DNA from: the human T2T-CHM13v2.0 reference genome, Homo sapiens
Reading direction: 5' to 3' (one strand)
DNA: 64,000 bases
Assembly (NCBI RefSeq): GCF_009914755.1
Contig: NC_060944.1
The notes below the pieces were generated by a model. It was not told where the DNA came from. It saw only the letters and a list, made by a program, of their open reading frames with translations, and ran no database searches. Positions 1-19,400 of the stretch are shown piece after piece. Every line of letters starts with the position of its first letter. Positions within the stretch are counted from its first letter, which is position 1. A program made the position numbers and the translations under genes.

Positions 1-301
1 TCTTAGTGAAAACCTAGGAAGCAAGAAATCCTAAACTGCCTTTCAGATATTGGCATTTTATAGATAACAGCCATTTCACAATTTTTAAAAACATGTTTCC
101 CCATATCATAAACCTTTCTTAATTGGAAATGACCAGACATCCAAGGAGCTTCTGTTACTTAACCCAAAATCACTTTAACATTTTAAACTACACAAAAAGT
201 TCACCTACAAGCATTTATCTCATTTATATGTACTCAGTTTTTTCATTTTTAAAAAGGTTATCTAGACTCCTTCTGAAAACTGAGACATTAAACAAAGCTA
301 G

Positions 302-931
<630 letters not shown>

Positions 932-2218
932 CGACCACTTTTTATATAGTTTGTGAATATCTGGTATCCACCTAAGAACCTTAAAGTTTAACATATGGAT
1001 ATTTTCACCAATAACTCAGAAGATCCAGCTGTCTTTATTAAACCAACACTAAATTAGTCTTCTTCATCAAAAAAATCACATGAACAAGGATCATTTTGTT
1101 TTTGCTGGGTTTATAGTTTTATAACTTTGTGTGCCAAACCCTGACACCTCAAAATATCTAGTAGAGACAAATGCAAAACCCAGACAAAAATGTATGTTGA
1201 CCATTCTGAAAACGTATCTGTTTTAATTTTACAAATAATTTTAAAGCCAGGTTGTTTATTAAAGATCTACCTAAGTTATATGAACTTAAAAATTATATAG
1301 TCTTATTTAATTAATTTATGAGTGCTCTTTTATTCATAAGCAAATTTAGCAGATATAATATATAACATTAAAAAGGTACATAGACACAAACACATCTAAT
1401 CATGTACACACAAAAACACACACAAGATCCAATAGATTTTACCTCAGAAATCTAGCCATGAAGTAGTAATACAAACTCACTGGTTTATAACACTGTTCTG
1501 TTCACATGTCTAAAGCTTTTTTACCCCATAGGTAATCCAACGAAGGCTCAGAATCAAAATTTAGGGTAAACTCATTTCCACGGCAGTTTGATTTTTTAAA
1601 GACCAAACTTCTCCGGACTGTAAAGAATACTGGGCCAAGCAACACCCCGGAAGAACATCATGTACTAAGCAGGCCCAAAAAACAGCAACATAAAGCCTGA
1701 TTACACACAACTCCATCCCACATTCCCATTCAACAGCAAACTCCAGATTCCCAACAGTATTACAAAAGATTATCAGTTTATCAAATTTGGTTTCCCATGA
1801 TTATATGAACACACACATACGAACAATCACCGAAACACAATTCAATTGTTGCAGTAACAAACAAGCCTCAAGAATGTTTAAACAGAAACAGCCAGACGGT
1901 TTTCCTCTTTACGTTGGTTGCGCTTATCCAACCTGCAAATGGAAATTCCCTTAGAATTTCCCAAATTGAGGGATCAGATCCCACTCTCTGGGCCCAAAAA
2001 GACACTCACCCATCTGGACACAGATGTCAGATTTCAAAGGCTGTTCTTCCTAGGCAGTCAGAAACCCGATTGGGGCGAGGAGCGGTGGGGCCATATGGAG
2101 ACTGAAACCCACCTCCAGCCAAAAGTAGATGGGCAGCAGCTTAGGGAATCTTCCAAAAGTCTCCTTCCCCACATAGCCGAGCCATGAGCAACACTTTCCT
2201 GGTGAGGAAACCAAAATC

Positions 2219-2676
2219 TGGTACCAAAATGCAGGGGGTTCCATCTAAGTTCCGTTACTCCTTGCACAGAAAGTCAAACATGGAGACAACCAGCATTGCC
2301 AGGGAGAGGGCTTTCATTGGGTGCCACAGCAGAGGAGATGGGAGGCCAGTCTCAAATCATTGTTCTTACCCACTAAAATAAGGGGTTTATATAGTAGAGA
2401 AGAAATGTAACTACTTGCAGGAAAACAGGAATTGGGGAGGGTCAAGGAAGAGGAATTGGTGAGCAGAAGTCATGATGGTTGAGGAATCTGGCATCTCATT
2501 GTCTGGAATGGTGATCTGGTGAGTTTCCGTTCCTTGATGCTGAAGGTGCGTTTCTTAAGGAACTCAGATAAGACAAATGTAAGTTTCTCAAGTTTTAAGA
2601 GGCAGAGGGCCAATTTCTATGTTCATTCAAAAGAAACCATAAATACAAGTTTTATGGGACAATTGGGCTAGTTTCA
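2219..2676 (-). mobile_element. ERV1 LTR, MER66-like (5' LTR of the left element)
   Basis: Minus strand begins TGAAACTAGCCCAATTGTCCCAT and ends GGTACCA; similar to 26,605-26,996 and 32,340-32,738; followed on the minus strand by a PBS. Confidence 0.7.
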
Positions 2677-3579
2677 TATCCAGCCTAGGGGTCAGGTTTC
2701 ACTAGAGTGCAGGGCAGGGCATCCTTCATTTTCACAATGCCTCATTTTGGGTGGCACCAAAATGACTTTCTATTATGGAATAGTGATCGTAGAACTTTTC
2801 CTTTGCCAATCATATTTGGAAAATCAAAATATTTGCAATTATTAGTCTCAAATACCACGGACTACAGGAACCTACAGTCTGCAACTTGTGGCATGGAAGG
2901 TGTCTGAGAAGAACCCTTGGGCTGTGCCAGAGTTGGCAGGGAAGGGTGAGCCACTGGGCCCTGAGAGATGGAGGGTGTCAGGGGAACTAAGGAGGGAAGA
3001 GGCTTGCAGAGTGGGCAACCCCCTCCCACATAATAAAGGAGAGAATGATATGCTGAAATATCAAATGCAAAGATAAAGACAAGAAGAAAATCCTCCAAGG
3101 TGGCAGATAAACCACAAAGCTAAAGGGCAATTCCTGCTCCCACAGCCACCTGCCCTGTAAATTCTGCTCAGTTCATGAGTTTGCAGAGAACCTCTGCAAG
3201 GTGGAGCGTGCATCCTCCACTTCACCATAGTTACCACCAGAGGGAAGCATTCACCCACGGATGACCAGCCTCTCGGGCACCAGCTACTCCAACCTCATGC
3301 TAGAGAGCAGGCTCTGAAGGTAGTCCTGGGGTTGACATAGGGTCTGCCTTGGAGGAACAAGCTTTGCAAACTAAATACTTCCCTAGTGCTGTTCTGGGTT
3401 CTGCAGAGTTCCCTCTGCTTGGCTCTATCCTTGCTACTCTAGGCTGCCTGGGCATGCAGGGTTTTATTGATTAGAGCAATTGACAGTGGATGGTACAACC
3501 TCCTATTTCTGCAGCTCTCCCCACTGCCCCTGCTAGACCTTCACAAGGCAGGAGACAATGAAAGTGTGGATACCCCTAT

Positions 3580-5135
3580 TGATGGTGACAGTGGCCCATC
3601 TAGAGCAGCTACTGTGAGGATGCCAGCTGCAGCAGGAGAGGTGTGGCTGGGGCTGCATGCTCCCCAGAGCTGGTGGGGGCCAGGAACAGGTGGGAGCCCC
3701 ATGCTCCCAGGCATAGCTGTGGTCACCCAGCTGCAGCTCCAGACCTGGGCATCCCTGTGCTCTCAGGGCCCAGAAAGTCCCCAGCCCTGACAGGTTCAGA
3801 AGTGCCTGCTCCTGCTCCCTGGCCTGTCCCTGCTCCTGGCACCTGCTCTGCAGCAGAGCAAAGTTGTAGCTGAGCCTGGGAGCGGTCATGACCCAGCTGG
3901 GTGTTTGTGCACTTGGGGCAGTGCTGTCAGTGCTGGAGTGGCCAGCCCTCTGCCACTTCAGCCCCCTCTGGACTGTGGGAGCTGACTAGCATGGGAGGGC
4001 TGCTGGTGGGGGCTGAGTGCAGCTCAGCATGGGCTTGCAGGCACTGTTCAATATGAACAGCCTGGGCACCATGGACGGCATGTTGATGGTGGGAGGCAGA
4101 CAGGTTCCTGGACAGAAAGGGGTGGATACCTGGTGAATTCCCACCTTCAAGCCAGGGACAGCCTGAAGCCTTGGAACCAGGGTGTCAGTTCTGGGTGGAG
4201 GCCGTGGTCCAGAGTGAAAACTTATGGTACTTTTTTTGCACCTGCCCATGGACCAATCAGCACACACTTCCTTCATTCGGAGCCTATAAAAACCCCAGAC
4301 TCAGCCAGACTCAGCCAGACATCAGGACTACCAGCTGTGGGAAGGAGCTACCCACTTCAGGTCTCCTCAACTCCTTGGGACAACCTGTCTGTGGAAAGGA
4401 GCTATACACCATGGTTCTCCTTTCCACTGAGAGCTGGACACTCCTGGGGCTGACCTGCTTGCAGAAAGGAACTACCCATCTTGGGTCTCCTGAGAGCTGT
4501 TCTGTCACTCAATGAAGCGCCTCTCCACCTTGCTCACCCTCCACTTGTACGCATACCCCATTCCTCCTGGACGTGGGACAGGAACTCAGGACCTGCCAAA
4601 TGGCGAGACTGCAAGAGCTGTAAGGGCTGAAACACCCCCCAACTCACCACACTGTGGTGATGAGGAGAGAAAAGCTGTGGCCATTCTGGGAGCCAGGGCT
4701 GTGATATGCTTTAACACCCTGTTTGGGGCTCTGTGGTTCCTGGCATCTCCAAGCTTTCAGGTGCCACCACATTCCCCTTGTCCAGATGCTGGTGCCTGCA
4801 GTGGAAGCCACTTGCAGTACGTCTGGTCCAGCCAAAGCCCCACACAGAGCCAGTGCCTATGCCAGCAACTGGAGCTGCCTGCCCCACTGCAGTCAACATG
4901 TCTGGCTCTGCACAGTGGCCTGACCCAATGCTCATTTGCTTACACACCCCTGACCACTCTGCACCTGGCTCACCCTTGGCAGGTGTGGAATCTGGGCCAC
5001 AGTGTGAGCTGAGCACAGCCTGACAGACCAAGTGGGTGGAATGAGCCCAGTGGGTGCAAGCAAAACCTGAGTAGAGGTGTCACGAGGCACAGAAGTTTCC
5101 AGTTGGCAAAGTGACACTGTAAATATCCTGTGACA
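3580..5135 (+). mobile_element. MER52(A)-like solo LTR (ERV1)
   Basis: TGATGG...GTGACA termini, 4-bp target-site duplication CTAT (3576-3579, 5136-5139), GC-rich 1.56 kb body typical of MER52. Confidence 0.85.
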
Positions 5136-6569
5136 CTATAGCCAAGCCTGGTTTCTGTCCTCTCTTCCACTCTTTCTCCTCTCACCCCTTTTTTGGCATT
5201 CTTTCTCTTCCTTCCCTCCCTCTTTTCTGAAGCTACCCATCTCCTTCTTGTTCATGGTAATATCTAGGGGTCAGAGGCATGAATTCCAGGGGAAAAAATC
5301 TGCTTTTATTCCTCTGATTAACAAAATACATGATCCCATAAACAAAATTAACAACGAAATCATGATCATATCATAGAGGCAGAAAAAGCATTTGATAAAA
5401 GTTCAGCATCACTCATGACAAAAAAACTGTTAACAAACTAGACATAGAAAGAACATCCCTCAACATAATAAAGGCCATAAATGACAAACTCATAGTCAAC
5501 ATCATATTTAATGGGGGAAAGTTGAATTCATTCACTCTACCAACTGGAACAAGTCAAGAAAGGCATCCTAATGGGAAAAGAGGAAGTGAAATTACCCTTG
5601 TTCACTGATGATATGTTCTTATATCTAGAAAACCCTAAATACTTCACCAAAAATCTCTTAGATTTGTTAAATTTGGTAAAAAGTTTCAAGATACAAAATT
5701 AATGTACAGAAATCATTGGAGTTTCTACACACCAATAACAATGTAGCTGAGAACCAAGTCAAGAAGCAATCCCATTTATAGTCGCTATCAAAAACTAATG
5801 AAATACCTAGGAATATATTTAAGCAGAACTACAAATGAGAACTACAAAATACTGAGGAAAGAAATCATAGATAGCACAAAGAAATTGAAAACCATTATAT
5901 GCTAATTGATTGGAATAATCATTATAGTTAGAATGACCTCAGTGCCCAGAGCAATCTACAGATTCAATGCAATTCCTATCAAATCAGCAGTATTATTTTC
6001 CACAAAATTAGAAGAAAACAATTCTAAAATTTACATGGAACCAAAAAAGAACTCGAATAGCCAGAGCAAGTCTAAGCAAAAGAGCAAAGCTGGAGATACC
6101 ACATCACCTCATTTCAAATTATACTACAATGCTACAGTAATCAAAACAGCATGGTACTGGTATAAAAATAGACATATGAATCAGTGAAACAGAGTAGAGA
6201 ATGTAGAAATGAAGCCACATACCTACAACCAACTTATCTTAGACAAAGTCAGTAAAAATGTACACTGGGGAAATGACACCCTCTTCAATAAATGGCACTG
6301 GGAAAATTGGACAGCCATATGCAGAAGAATGAAACTAGACCCAAGCCTCTCACCATATACAAAAATTAGCTTAACATGGGTTAAAGACATCAACATAAGA
6401 GACAAAACTATTAAAAAATCCTACAAGAAAACTTAGGAACATCTTTTGGACATTGGACTAGGAAAAGAATTTATGAGCAAGTCCTCAAAAGGACATAACA
6501 AAAACAAAAATAGGCAAATGAAACTTAATAAAACTAAAGAGCTTCTGCACAGCAAAAGAAATAATCAAT

Positions 6570-6880
6570 GGTCCTGACATAGTGGACTCCACCTATAATA
6601 CCATCAGTTTGTGAGGCTGAGTTTGAAGTATTTCTTGAGGCCATAAGTTCGAAACCAGCCTGGATAATATAGTGAGACCTCATCTCTAAAAAAAAATGAG
6701 AAATTAGCCAGGCCTGGTGGCTAGCACCTGTAGTCCTAGCTACTCTGGAGGCTGAAGCAGGAGGCTCACTTGAGTCCAGAAGTTAGAGGCTGCAGTTAGC
6801 TATGATCACATCACTGCACTATAGCCTGGAAAACTAAGAAAGACCCTGTCTCAAAAAAAAAAAGAAAGAAAGAAAAAAAA
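6570..6880 (+). mobile_element. Old Alu (AluJ-like) nested in L1
   Basis: Diverged Alu dimer with A-rich tail. Confidence 0.85.
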
Positions 6881-7532
6881 GAAACAAACAACAATAACAA
6901 CTATTATTACAGCAAAATCAATAGAGTAAATGGACAACCTAAGATTGGGGAAAAAATATTTGCAAACTATGCATCTGACAATGGGCTAATATCCAGCATC
7001 TACAAGGACTCTGTCTCAAAATTAAAAAAAAAGCCATACAAACATACAAACAGCCAACAAAATATGAAAAAATACTCAACATCAGTAATCATCAGAGCAA
7101 TGCAAATTAAAACCACAATGGGATACCATCTTACACTAGTCAGAATGGCTACTATTAAAAAGTCTGAAAACAACAGATATTGGCAAGGATGTAAAGATAA
7201 CACTTATGCACTGCTGATGGAAATATAAATTAGTACGACTCCTATGAAGAACAGTATGGAGACTTCTTAAAGAATTGAAAATAGAACTACACTTTTATTC
7301 AGGAATCTCACTTCTGGGTATCTACCCAAAGGAAAAGAAATTATTATATAAAAAAGGCACCTGCACTTGTATTTTTATCACAACACTATTAATAGTAGCA
7401 AAGATATGGAATCAACCTAAGTGTCCATTAATAAAGAATAGGATAAAGAAAGTGTGAGATATACATACATACATATGTATATTATCTCTCTCTCTATCCA
7501 TCTATAATGAAACAACACTCAGCCATTAAAAA

Positions 7533-7680
7533 GATATACCTAATCCTAAATGACGAGTTAATGGGTGCAGCACACCAACATGGCACATGTATACCTATGT
7601 AACAAAACCTGCACGTTGTGCACATGTACCCTAAAACTTAAAGTATAATAATAATAAAATAAAATAAAATAAAATAAAAT
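7533..7680 (+). mobile_element. Short L1PA 3'-end fragment nested in the older L1
   Basis: GATATACCTAAT...GTACCCTAAAACTTAAAGTATAAT followed by (TAAAA)n tail. Confidence 0.85.
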
Positions 7681-8189
7681 CATGTATTTTATAGCAATAT
7701 GGTGGAAATCAAAGGCCATAATCTAAAGTAACTCAGAAAAATAAAGTCAAATACTGCATGTTTTCATTTATAGATAGGGGCTAAACCATGAGTACATATG
7801 GACATACATAATGGAATAATGGACATTGGAGATTACAAAAGGTGGGAGGTTGGCAGGGGTTGAGGGTTGAAAAATAGCCCATTAGGTACAATGTTCATCA
7901 TGTGGGTGCTTGGTTCATTAAAAGCCCGACTTTACCACCACACAATGTATGCATGTAAGAAACCTTCACTTGTACATGCTAAACATATAACAATAAAACA
8001 TAACTTTTAAAAAAGAGTATGTGGTCCATTTGTAACAGACACACTTTCCCATCCAATGTAAGGTGTCTGAAGAGAAGATTCACCTGAGTCTTGATCTGAT
8101 GAATCTGCAAACAGAGGAATCCCCCCTGACTTCCACCTGCTCAGACCTGGTGCTTACACTCTGCTCCAAAGAGCTTGATATTTTCTCAT

Positions 8190-9510
8190 TAACATCATAT
8201 TATTACCATCACTGCCATCACTTTCACCATTATCATTTTTGTCAGCACCACCACCACTACCATAACCATTCTGATCATTATCACTATCATTCTACCAATG
8301 CTAACATCATCACCATCACCATCATCATCATCACTACCACCACCAGCATCTCCATTATCAACACTGCCGCCATCAGCATCACCTCCATTATAACCATAAC
8401 TGTCACCATTATCATAATCATCATCACCACCATCACTACAACAATCACCATTATCATCACCACCATCTTCACCACCATCACTACCAATACCACCATCATC
8501 ACCACCATCACAATCATTATCCTTATCAACATCACCATTATCATCACTACTATCATCACAATTACCACCATCGCAATCACAAACACCATCATCATCACCA
8601 CAAATAACATAAACACCATCACCATCAGTACCATCAGCACCATCAGCATCACAACCATCCTCACCACCATCACCACTATCATCACTACCATCACCCCCAT
8701 GATTACCATTATTATTGCCAGTCACCACTACCATCACCAACACCACCAGCACCATCATTATTCTCACCGTCACCATTATCACAAGCGTTCTCACCATGAC
8801 CATCATCACCATCACCACCATCACTGATATAGTTTGGATGTTTATCCCCTCCAAATACCATGTTGAAATATAATTCCCAATGTTGGTAGTGGGACCTAGT
8901 GGAAGGTGATTGGATCATGGAGGCAGATCCCTCACGAATGGCTTAGCACCACCCCATGGTAATGAGTGCATTCTCGTTTTGAGTTCCTGAGTGATCTGGG
9001 TGTTTAAAAGAGTGTGGCACTTCCTTCTCTCTCTGTCTTGCTCTCTCTGTTATTATATGACATGCCTGCTCCCATTTCACCTTCCATCACACATGACTGT
9101 AAATTTCCTTAGGCCCTCACCAGAAATAGATGCTGGAGACATACTGGTATAGCCTATACAATTTTGAGCCAATTAAACCCTTTTTCTGTATAAATGACAC
9201 AGCCTCAGGTATTTATGGCAACACAAGAATGGCCTTATATAGTCATTACCATTACTATTGCCACCACCATCACCATTATCATTAGCACTATCATCACCGT
9301 TACCATCACCACCATTACCACCATCATCACCACCACATTATCATGATCACCTTCACCAGCATACTATCATTATTATCATCTTCACCACTATCACCATCAC
9401 CATCACCATCTCCATCTCCACTGTATCCACTGTATCTCCATCATCATCACTGTATTTCCACTGTATCCACTGTATCGTCGTCACAATCATCACATCATCT
9501 TCACCACAAT
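8190..9510. repeat. Degenerate (CAC/CAT)n trinucleotide low-complexity tract, split by a MaLR LTR
   Basis: Runs of CAC/CAT/CAA triplets at ~8190-8824 and ~9241-9510. Confidence 0.95.
8825..9240 (+). mobile_element. MST(B)-like ERVL-MaLR solo LTR
   Basis: Begins TGATATAGTTTGGATGTTT; contains GGATCATGGAGGCAGATCCCTCA and GAGCCAATTAAACC, typical MST motifs. Confidence 0.85.
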
Positions 9511-12429
9511 TACCAGGTGCCTCTCAGCAGTTAGTCTGCGTTAGACATTGTGCCACACTGTTTATAAACCTCATGTGGTTACATCGTTACCCTGAGTGTA
9601 TACATTTATAGAAAAATATAAGGTGGTAATTGGGTTTGTAACATGATGTAAGAGTGTGTGAACCTGCTTTCTATTCTCAGAATTATCTGCAATCAATAAA
9701 AGAGAAGACTCACTTCATTTCTCAGCTCCCACATTGCTGGACATAGGTCTGATCTAGACATCCACAGTGACATCTTCACTGGTCCACTGGGCTCCACCCT
9801 CAGATTCTGTTTCCTTGGTTCTAAAATGTTCAGAAAGCTGCATCCCCTGCCACATGAAACACAGGCATCTTGCCCTCTGTGGCCGCCCTCTTGCTTTTGC
9901 ACATAATGTGGCTTGGCTTCAAAAGAAACTGGACTTCTTGATATTCTGCACATGTATACCTGTCCAGGCTCACATAAATTTGTCTTTATGAAAGGACACC
10001 TATTCTTTATACAAAGTCACCTGTACCTGCCCACTCCTCCCTAGATCTTTGCCTGCCCAAATTCTACCTGTTCCTCAAGTTCATGTCCACATAAACGTTA
10101 TCTATGGATTCTTCTCTGGTCAATGTAGCCAGGTGTGAACCTTTTGAGTTTGATCTCCTATAGAACTTTTATGTTCACTAGAGGCTTTTACCATCCTCCT
10201 CTTAGAGTCTTTCTTCTTGTGTATGTATTTCTGTCCCTCACCAGGCCATGAGGTCTTGGAGGATAGCAACTAAGTCTCCTTCTCCATGTGATTTGCCTCT
10301 CAGAGATCACTGAGATAATCACAAACAAAAACAAGCTAATGATAATGATATTATTCTCACAATAATATAAAATATATAATAATGTATATAATTATACAGT
10401 TATATATAACAATAATCATCATTTCACAATAACTACTTAGTAGTTACAATTAGTGTCTCCATTTTACTGATAAGTAAGCTGAGTCACAGAGAGGTTAAGG
10501 ACATATTTGAAATTTACACAGTGTGTAAATGGATAACCAGGATTTTAACCCATATAATCTGGTTTCATGCTCTCGCCATGAGGTTAGATGTTCCAGCAGT
10601 CTGCTGCACTCAAAATCTTTGACATTTGAGAGACTTTATGGTAGGACACAGTTAAGATGTTTTTGAGATCAGTGGATGGGGCCCTTTTAACTCCTAGGTC
10701 ATTGCCCCTTCATGTGGAACTCACACCAAATCACAGCCATGTGTCTTGGCCCAGACTCTCCTCCTTTTTGGAATTCCCTTCCCCTGTGTCATTTCATTGA
10801 TTCCTCTTCATCTTTCGTGATTCCCCAGGTATTATATTTTCCATAAAGGTGACTGTCTAGATTGACCTACCCAGAAGCAGAAACAAATATGCAATTGCAA
10901 GTGTTTTATTTGGTGGGTAGTCCCAGGAAAGTCTACTGAAGCAGTGAGGAAATGAGACAAGGAAGAGAAGTGGTCAATACAGCAAGTGCGAGTTGCCAGG
11001 CTACCGCTACGGGCATGTGGGACTCATTTCCACTGGGAACCCCTGGGAGATTGCCTGGAACATATCTGCTGGTGTCATTCTGTGGGTGAAGAATGTGCAG
11101 GGCCATTAGTTCTCTTGCACTTACTTGTGCCATATGCACAGGAAAATCAGTGCAGATGCTGGCAATTGGAATGTGGGCTGGTAAGTGCTGAGATAGTGAG
11201 GACCAACCAAGGGATGTGAGCATCTTGTCCTCCTCCAGCCCTCTATGTGGGTTTGGTGCCCTTCTCTGTGCTCTCCAGTGCCATATTCTCTCCTCTGATT
11301 TCTACTTGTCTGTCTACCACCCAAAATTCTATATTGAACATCCATCAAGGCTGGAGGACTTGGCTCTTTTGCTTTCTTTTCTCCAGCACCCAATTTTATT
11401 TCTAGCATAAAATGTATACTCAACAAAGACAGTAGGAGTGATGAAATTAGGCTCATTTTATGAAAAGTCTGAAAAACTTTCACAAATCTTTATTCAGAAA
11501 CATTAATTTACAGAGAAATTCTCTTGAATAATTAAAAGAAAAATATTTTATAAAAGTTGCAGAAACAAAAAGGAAATTGCTTTGTGTAATTTGGAAAATT
11601 ACCCCCAAATTTAAAATGTGTAAAAAGGAAATGAGACAGAAGGAAAATATAATCATTAGCCTGGAGGCCCAGAAGTAAAATAAGGTAGAAATGAAAATGA
11701 ATCACAGGTGCTACGAAGCTCATTCTCTTCCACTGAACAAGGAATCAGATAAGAGAGGCAACCAGTAGCCACGTGTTGGCACCCAGGCAGTTCCAAATGG
11801 GTTCAGGGCAACTTCATCCTTTTGGCATCTTAGTGAATTTGGTAGCTGAATGAATGAAACATGTGAATGATCACCCAGGTACTCTGTCCAGGTGATACCT
11901 GACTGCCCAAGATGGGTAAAATGTTTTTCTGTGTACTTTAAGGAATTCTTAAGATCCTGCATTTCATTATACTCCTGTTAGGTGGTTTCAGGATCCCTAT
12001 GTCCAGGGTGTCCAGGGAAGGGGATAAGGTGAGCAGGGACAAAGTGGGGTCTGAGCTCTGCTTGTGCCTGCCTGGTAGCTGTTAGGTGGGCATTTGTGGT
12101 GGGCGTTAGGGATGTCCCGTGAATATTTCTGTTTCTTATGAGTGCAAGACAGGATTCCCACCCCCTTGAGTTTGTTGTAGTCATCACCTGCTTTAGTCAA
12201 TATAATAGAAGAATAAGTGACAGGTGTTCTTTCTAGTTATGCTAGGGAGTGCTGGTGCTCATTGCCTTGGCCCCTCTGTTGTTATGAGGGTGACTTCATC
12301 ATCCTGAGGCCCAGAGTGACCACAATGTGGTCCAGAGCCCCCAGCACAGATGCCAAGCATCTGTGGAAATAGCAGTCACAATAATAGAGTGTTATGTTGC
12401 TGCCTTAAGTCACTGAGATTTGAGGGCTT

Positions 12430-16480
<4,051 letters not shown>

Positions 16481-19400
16481 TGCATTATCATAAAAAATAT
16501 TGCTGCCCATTTTGTTTTTTAGGAACAGCAGAGTGGGATTTTTTTCTTTATTAATTCTAACTAGATTTTAAAAGTATCTAGGAAAACTATTGATATTTAA
16601 ATTTTGCCACGGATTCAGCCATGTTGCCAAACACCTATATTGATTTTCATAATGTTAAAGCTGATTCTTCTGAGTTTTCTAGACATTTGAGAAAATCTTC
16701 TACAAACAAGAAAAATCATGTCTTTTTCTTTTCCACACTTACAGCTAAATCAATTATACACCTGTTTTATTTATTGAAGGTCATGGTGTGTGTCATTTTA
16801 CTCTAGGATTTAGCACCAGGCAAAGCACCTAAGAGCTGGTTAACGAGCATTTGCTAAATGACTCTTTGTGTCTCACTTTGGGGCATGCAGAATGTTGCCA
16901 GGTGTCACCAATTTTATTCTCTCTCTTGTGAATATATTTTAACAACCAAAAAATATGTAACATCATTCAGAGCTCAAAGTCCCTTTTCAAAAACACTTTC
17001 ATTTATTTATTAAATGACCATATGCAGTAGTAGTTATAATCATTCCCATTGTACAGATGAGTTAACTGGGTCTCAGAGAGATTACATCCCTTGCTCTCTC
17101 ACTGGAGGCTGCATTGCTCAAGGTTTCCCCTCACCAGCAAGACTCATTCTCTCAGCCAGGTCGGGGGGTGGGGTGTGTGTCCACTGATTGCTCACAGCTG
17201 AGTCCTTCAATGGGGCTTGATCTGAGGCAAAGGAAGATGCTTTGCCTAAGAGCATGCCCTTCCCACCCCGGAAACTGCCTATTTTGAATAAAAGGCCTAA
17301 AAGTGGGTACCAGGCCTGACTTGTTTGCACCAATATGAAACAATTCTGAGGCCATCCCAGCTTTAGAGCTTTAGAGCTCTCCGTGGGGCTGGCCGTGGCT
17401 TCTGCTGAGCCGCACCCCAGCCTGACTTCTCCCTCTGCCCCACTCCTCGCCGCTGCCACCCTTGTACTCTTTACAATGAGACCCTTGCCCATGAATCTCC
17501 ATTTCAGCATCTGTTTCCAGGAAACTCTAACTAAGAGTAGTGGAGTCATGACTCACAACACAAGATACTCTGCATTTTTAGCTACAGTGGGCATTAGGTC
17601 TGTGGACCTTTGGGAAACTCTCATCCAGGATACTCAATATAACCCATCTTGGGATGATCCCCATTTTCTCAGAGCTGAGACTTGCTTAAGGAAAAAATAT
17701 GTCATCTGGAAAGTTACCTGTGTTCCAAAAGTGAGGGCTATTTTGTCCTCTTTTATCCTCAGTGAATTGAATACTAAAGTGTCCATTTGTATCGGACTTG
17801 GTGAAATATTTTCACTTACCTAATGCTCTTTGATTCATCTGATGAGGAAGGCTTGGTAAATTACCCCTTGTAACTTTGAGGAAATAAGTAGGAAGCAAGT
17901 TAGGGACAAGATGCCACGTCATGTAATTTTCAGTTAAATTTTGATTCCATTGCACAATAAGCTTCATTTGCTGCTCTGGCTCTGAGACTGATATTTAGGG
18001 TGTGTTGGCTCCATTACTCCTAGAAACATCCTAGCTACAGGTAGCAAGAGTCCTGGGAAACAATGGCTACACCTCCCATGAAGACGACATCCATTTACCA
18101 ACAGCTGTAGGGGTGGTCAATTCATAGAGTTGGTGCAGTGTCCTCAGCAGGGGCCCAGGTGGTTTCCTTCCATCTTCTACATCATTCCTTGGGCTCTTGT
18201 TCTTGGGCACATTGCTCATGAGTGAAAGGTGAACACCATAGCCCAAGGCATCCTGTCCCACAGTACAGTGTCCAAGGGTAAGGGCTAGGAGCAAAAGGCA
18301 GTCCTAGTGGTGGCAGGAGGAAGGGAGAGAGAAAGAAAGAGAGAGAGAGGCAGGATCTCACCCTTTTTATTCAATATAGACCTTTTTTAGTAGTGACCTG
18401 GCTGACATCTCAGATGTCATTGGTTGCCACTTCCAATCAATGACATCTGAAATATCCCCAGGGGTGAAGAAGGCTAGGAAGTTTATTGCCTGATACTTTC
18501 AGTCTTTGCACTTGGGTTCAGGCAGGAGGAAGGGAGTTGGAAATGGCTGGTCAGGTTTCCAGAACAAAGTTTTTCAATATAAGAGTCTATCAAGAGCTTG
18601 CAGAAACCCCATTGTACTCTGAAGCTTATGAATGTGTTTGTGTAGGAGTGTGCATACATACACACACACACATTTATTTCTACAACTGTCATCAGATTTG
18701 TAATGGATTCAGTGACTGCACATCACTCTAATATTGAGGTATAGGTACTGAGATGTAAATGAAATGCCATGAGTTTTCACTGAATGAAATACAGACCAAC
18801 ATCTTGATATTTACATGTCCATTACTTTCAAGTGAACTGGGCAGCAGGCTACCTCCCCCTTACATTCAACAGATGCAGAATATAGGAGACTGAAAGAAGA
18901 TGAAATCCAGTACTCTAAAGCCAAGCCAGAGCCCACCTGCTAATTACAGTCATTGAGTCCACAGCAGTGATGAGCTCTCTGATGGTAATGGCACAATAGG
19001 GAATGTGAACTAAGACACCCTTACTTCCCCCAGGAGCTCACAGTGTGGCTGAGAGAAGATCTAATCCAGAAATGTTCAGTGCCACACAGAGAAAAACAAG
19101 GAGAAATGCATTGAATACTAAATGGCAGTTATAATTCACAGAGCGAGTAGAAACACATACTAAAAGTCAACTCATGATTAATTCACAGCTAGTGTGCTAT
19201 TAAACATATGCAGGCATATCAACCACACCAATAGGACAATCAGGCATAGCATTTGTTATTTAAAATAAAGACATAGAGAGAATCCAGTGAAAAATAACCT
19301 ATAATCTCATCACCCAAACACCATGGCTGACATTTAAGATGTTTAGAAAAAACACAAGCACATTGTTATAATATTCAATGGAAAAGAGAGATTCAAAATT

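Larger units (their letters stand above)
5320..8010 (+). mobile_element. 5'-truncated LINE-1 (L1PB-like): degraded ORF2 3' part and 3' UTR
   Basis: ORF2-like peptides ([36 protein letters not shown]) with frameshifts; L1 3' UTR motifs. Confidence 0.9.

Noticed and set aside
8063-8854. 254-aa, 219-aa and 140-aa His/Thr/Ile or Val/Met/Asp-rich ORFs
   Set aside because: By-products of the (CAC/CAT)n repeat; no gene context.
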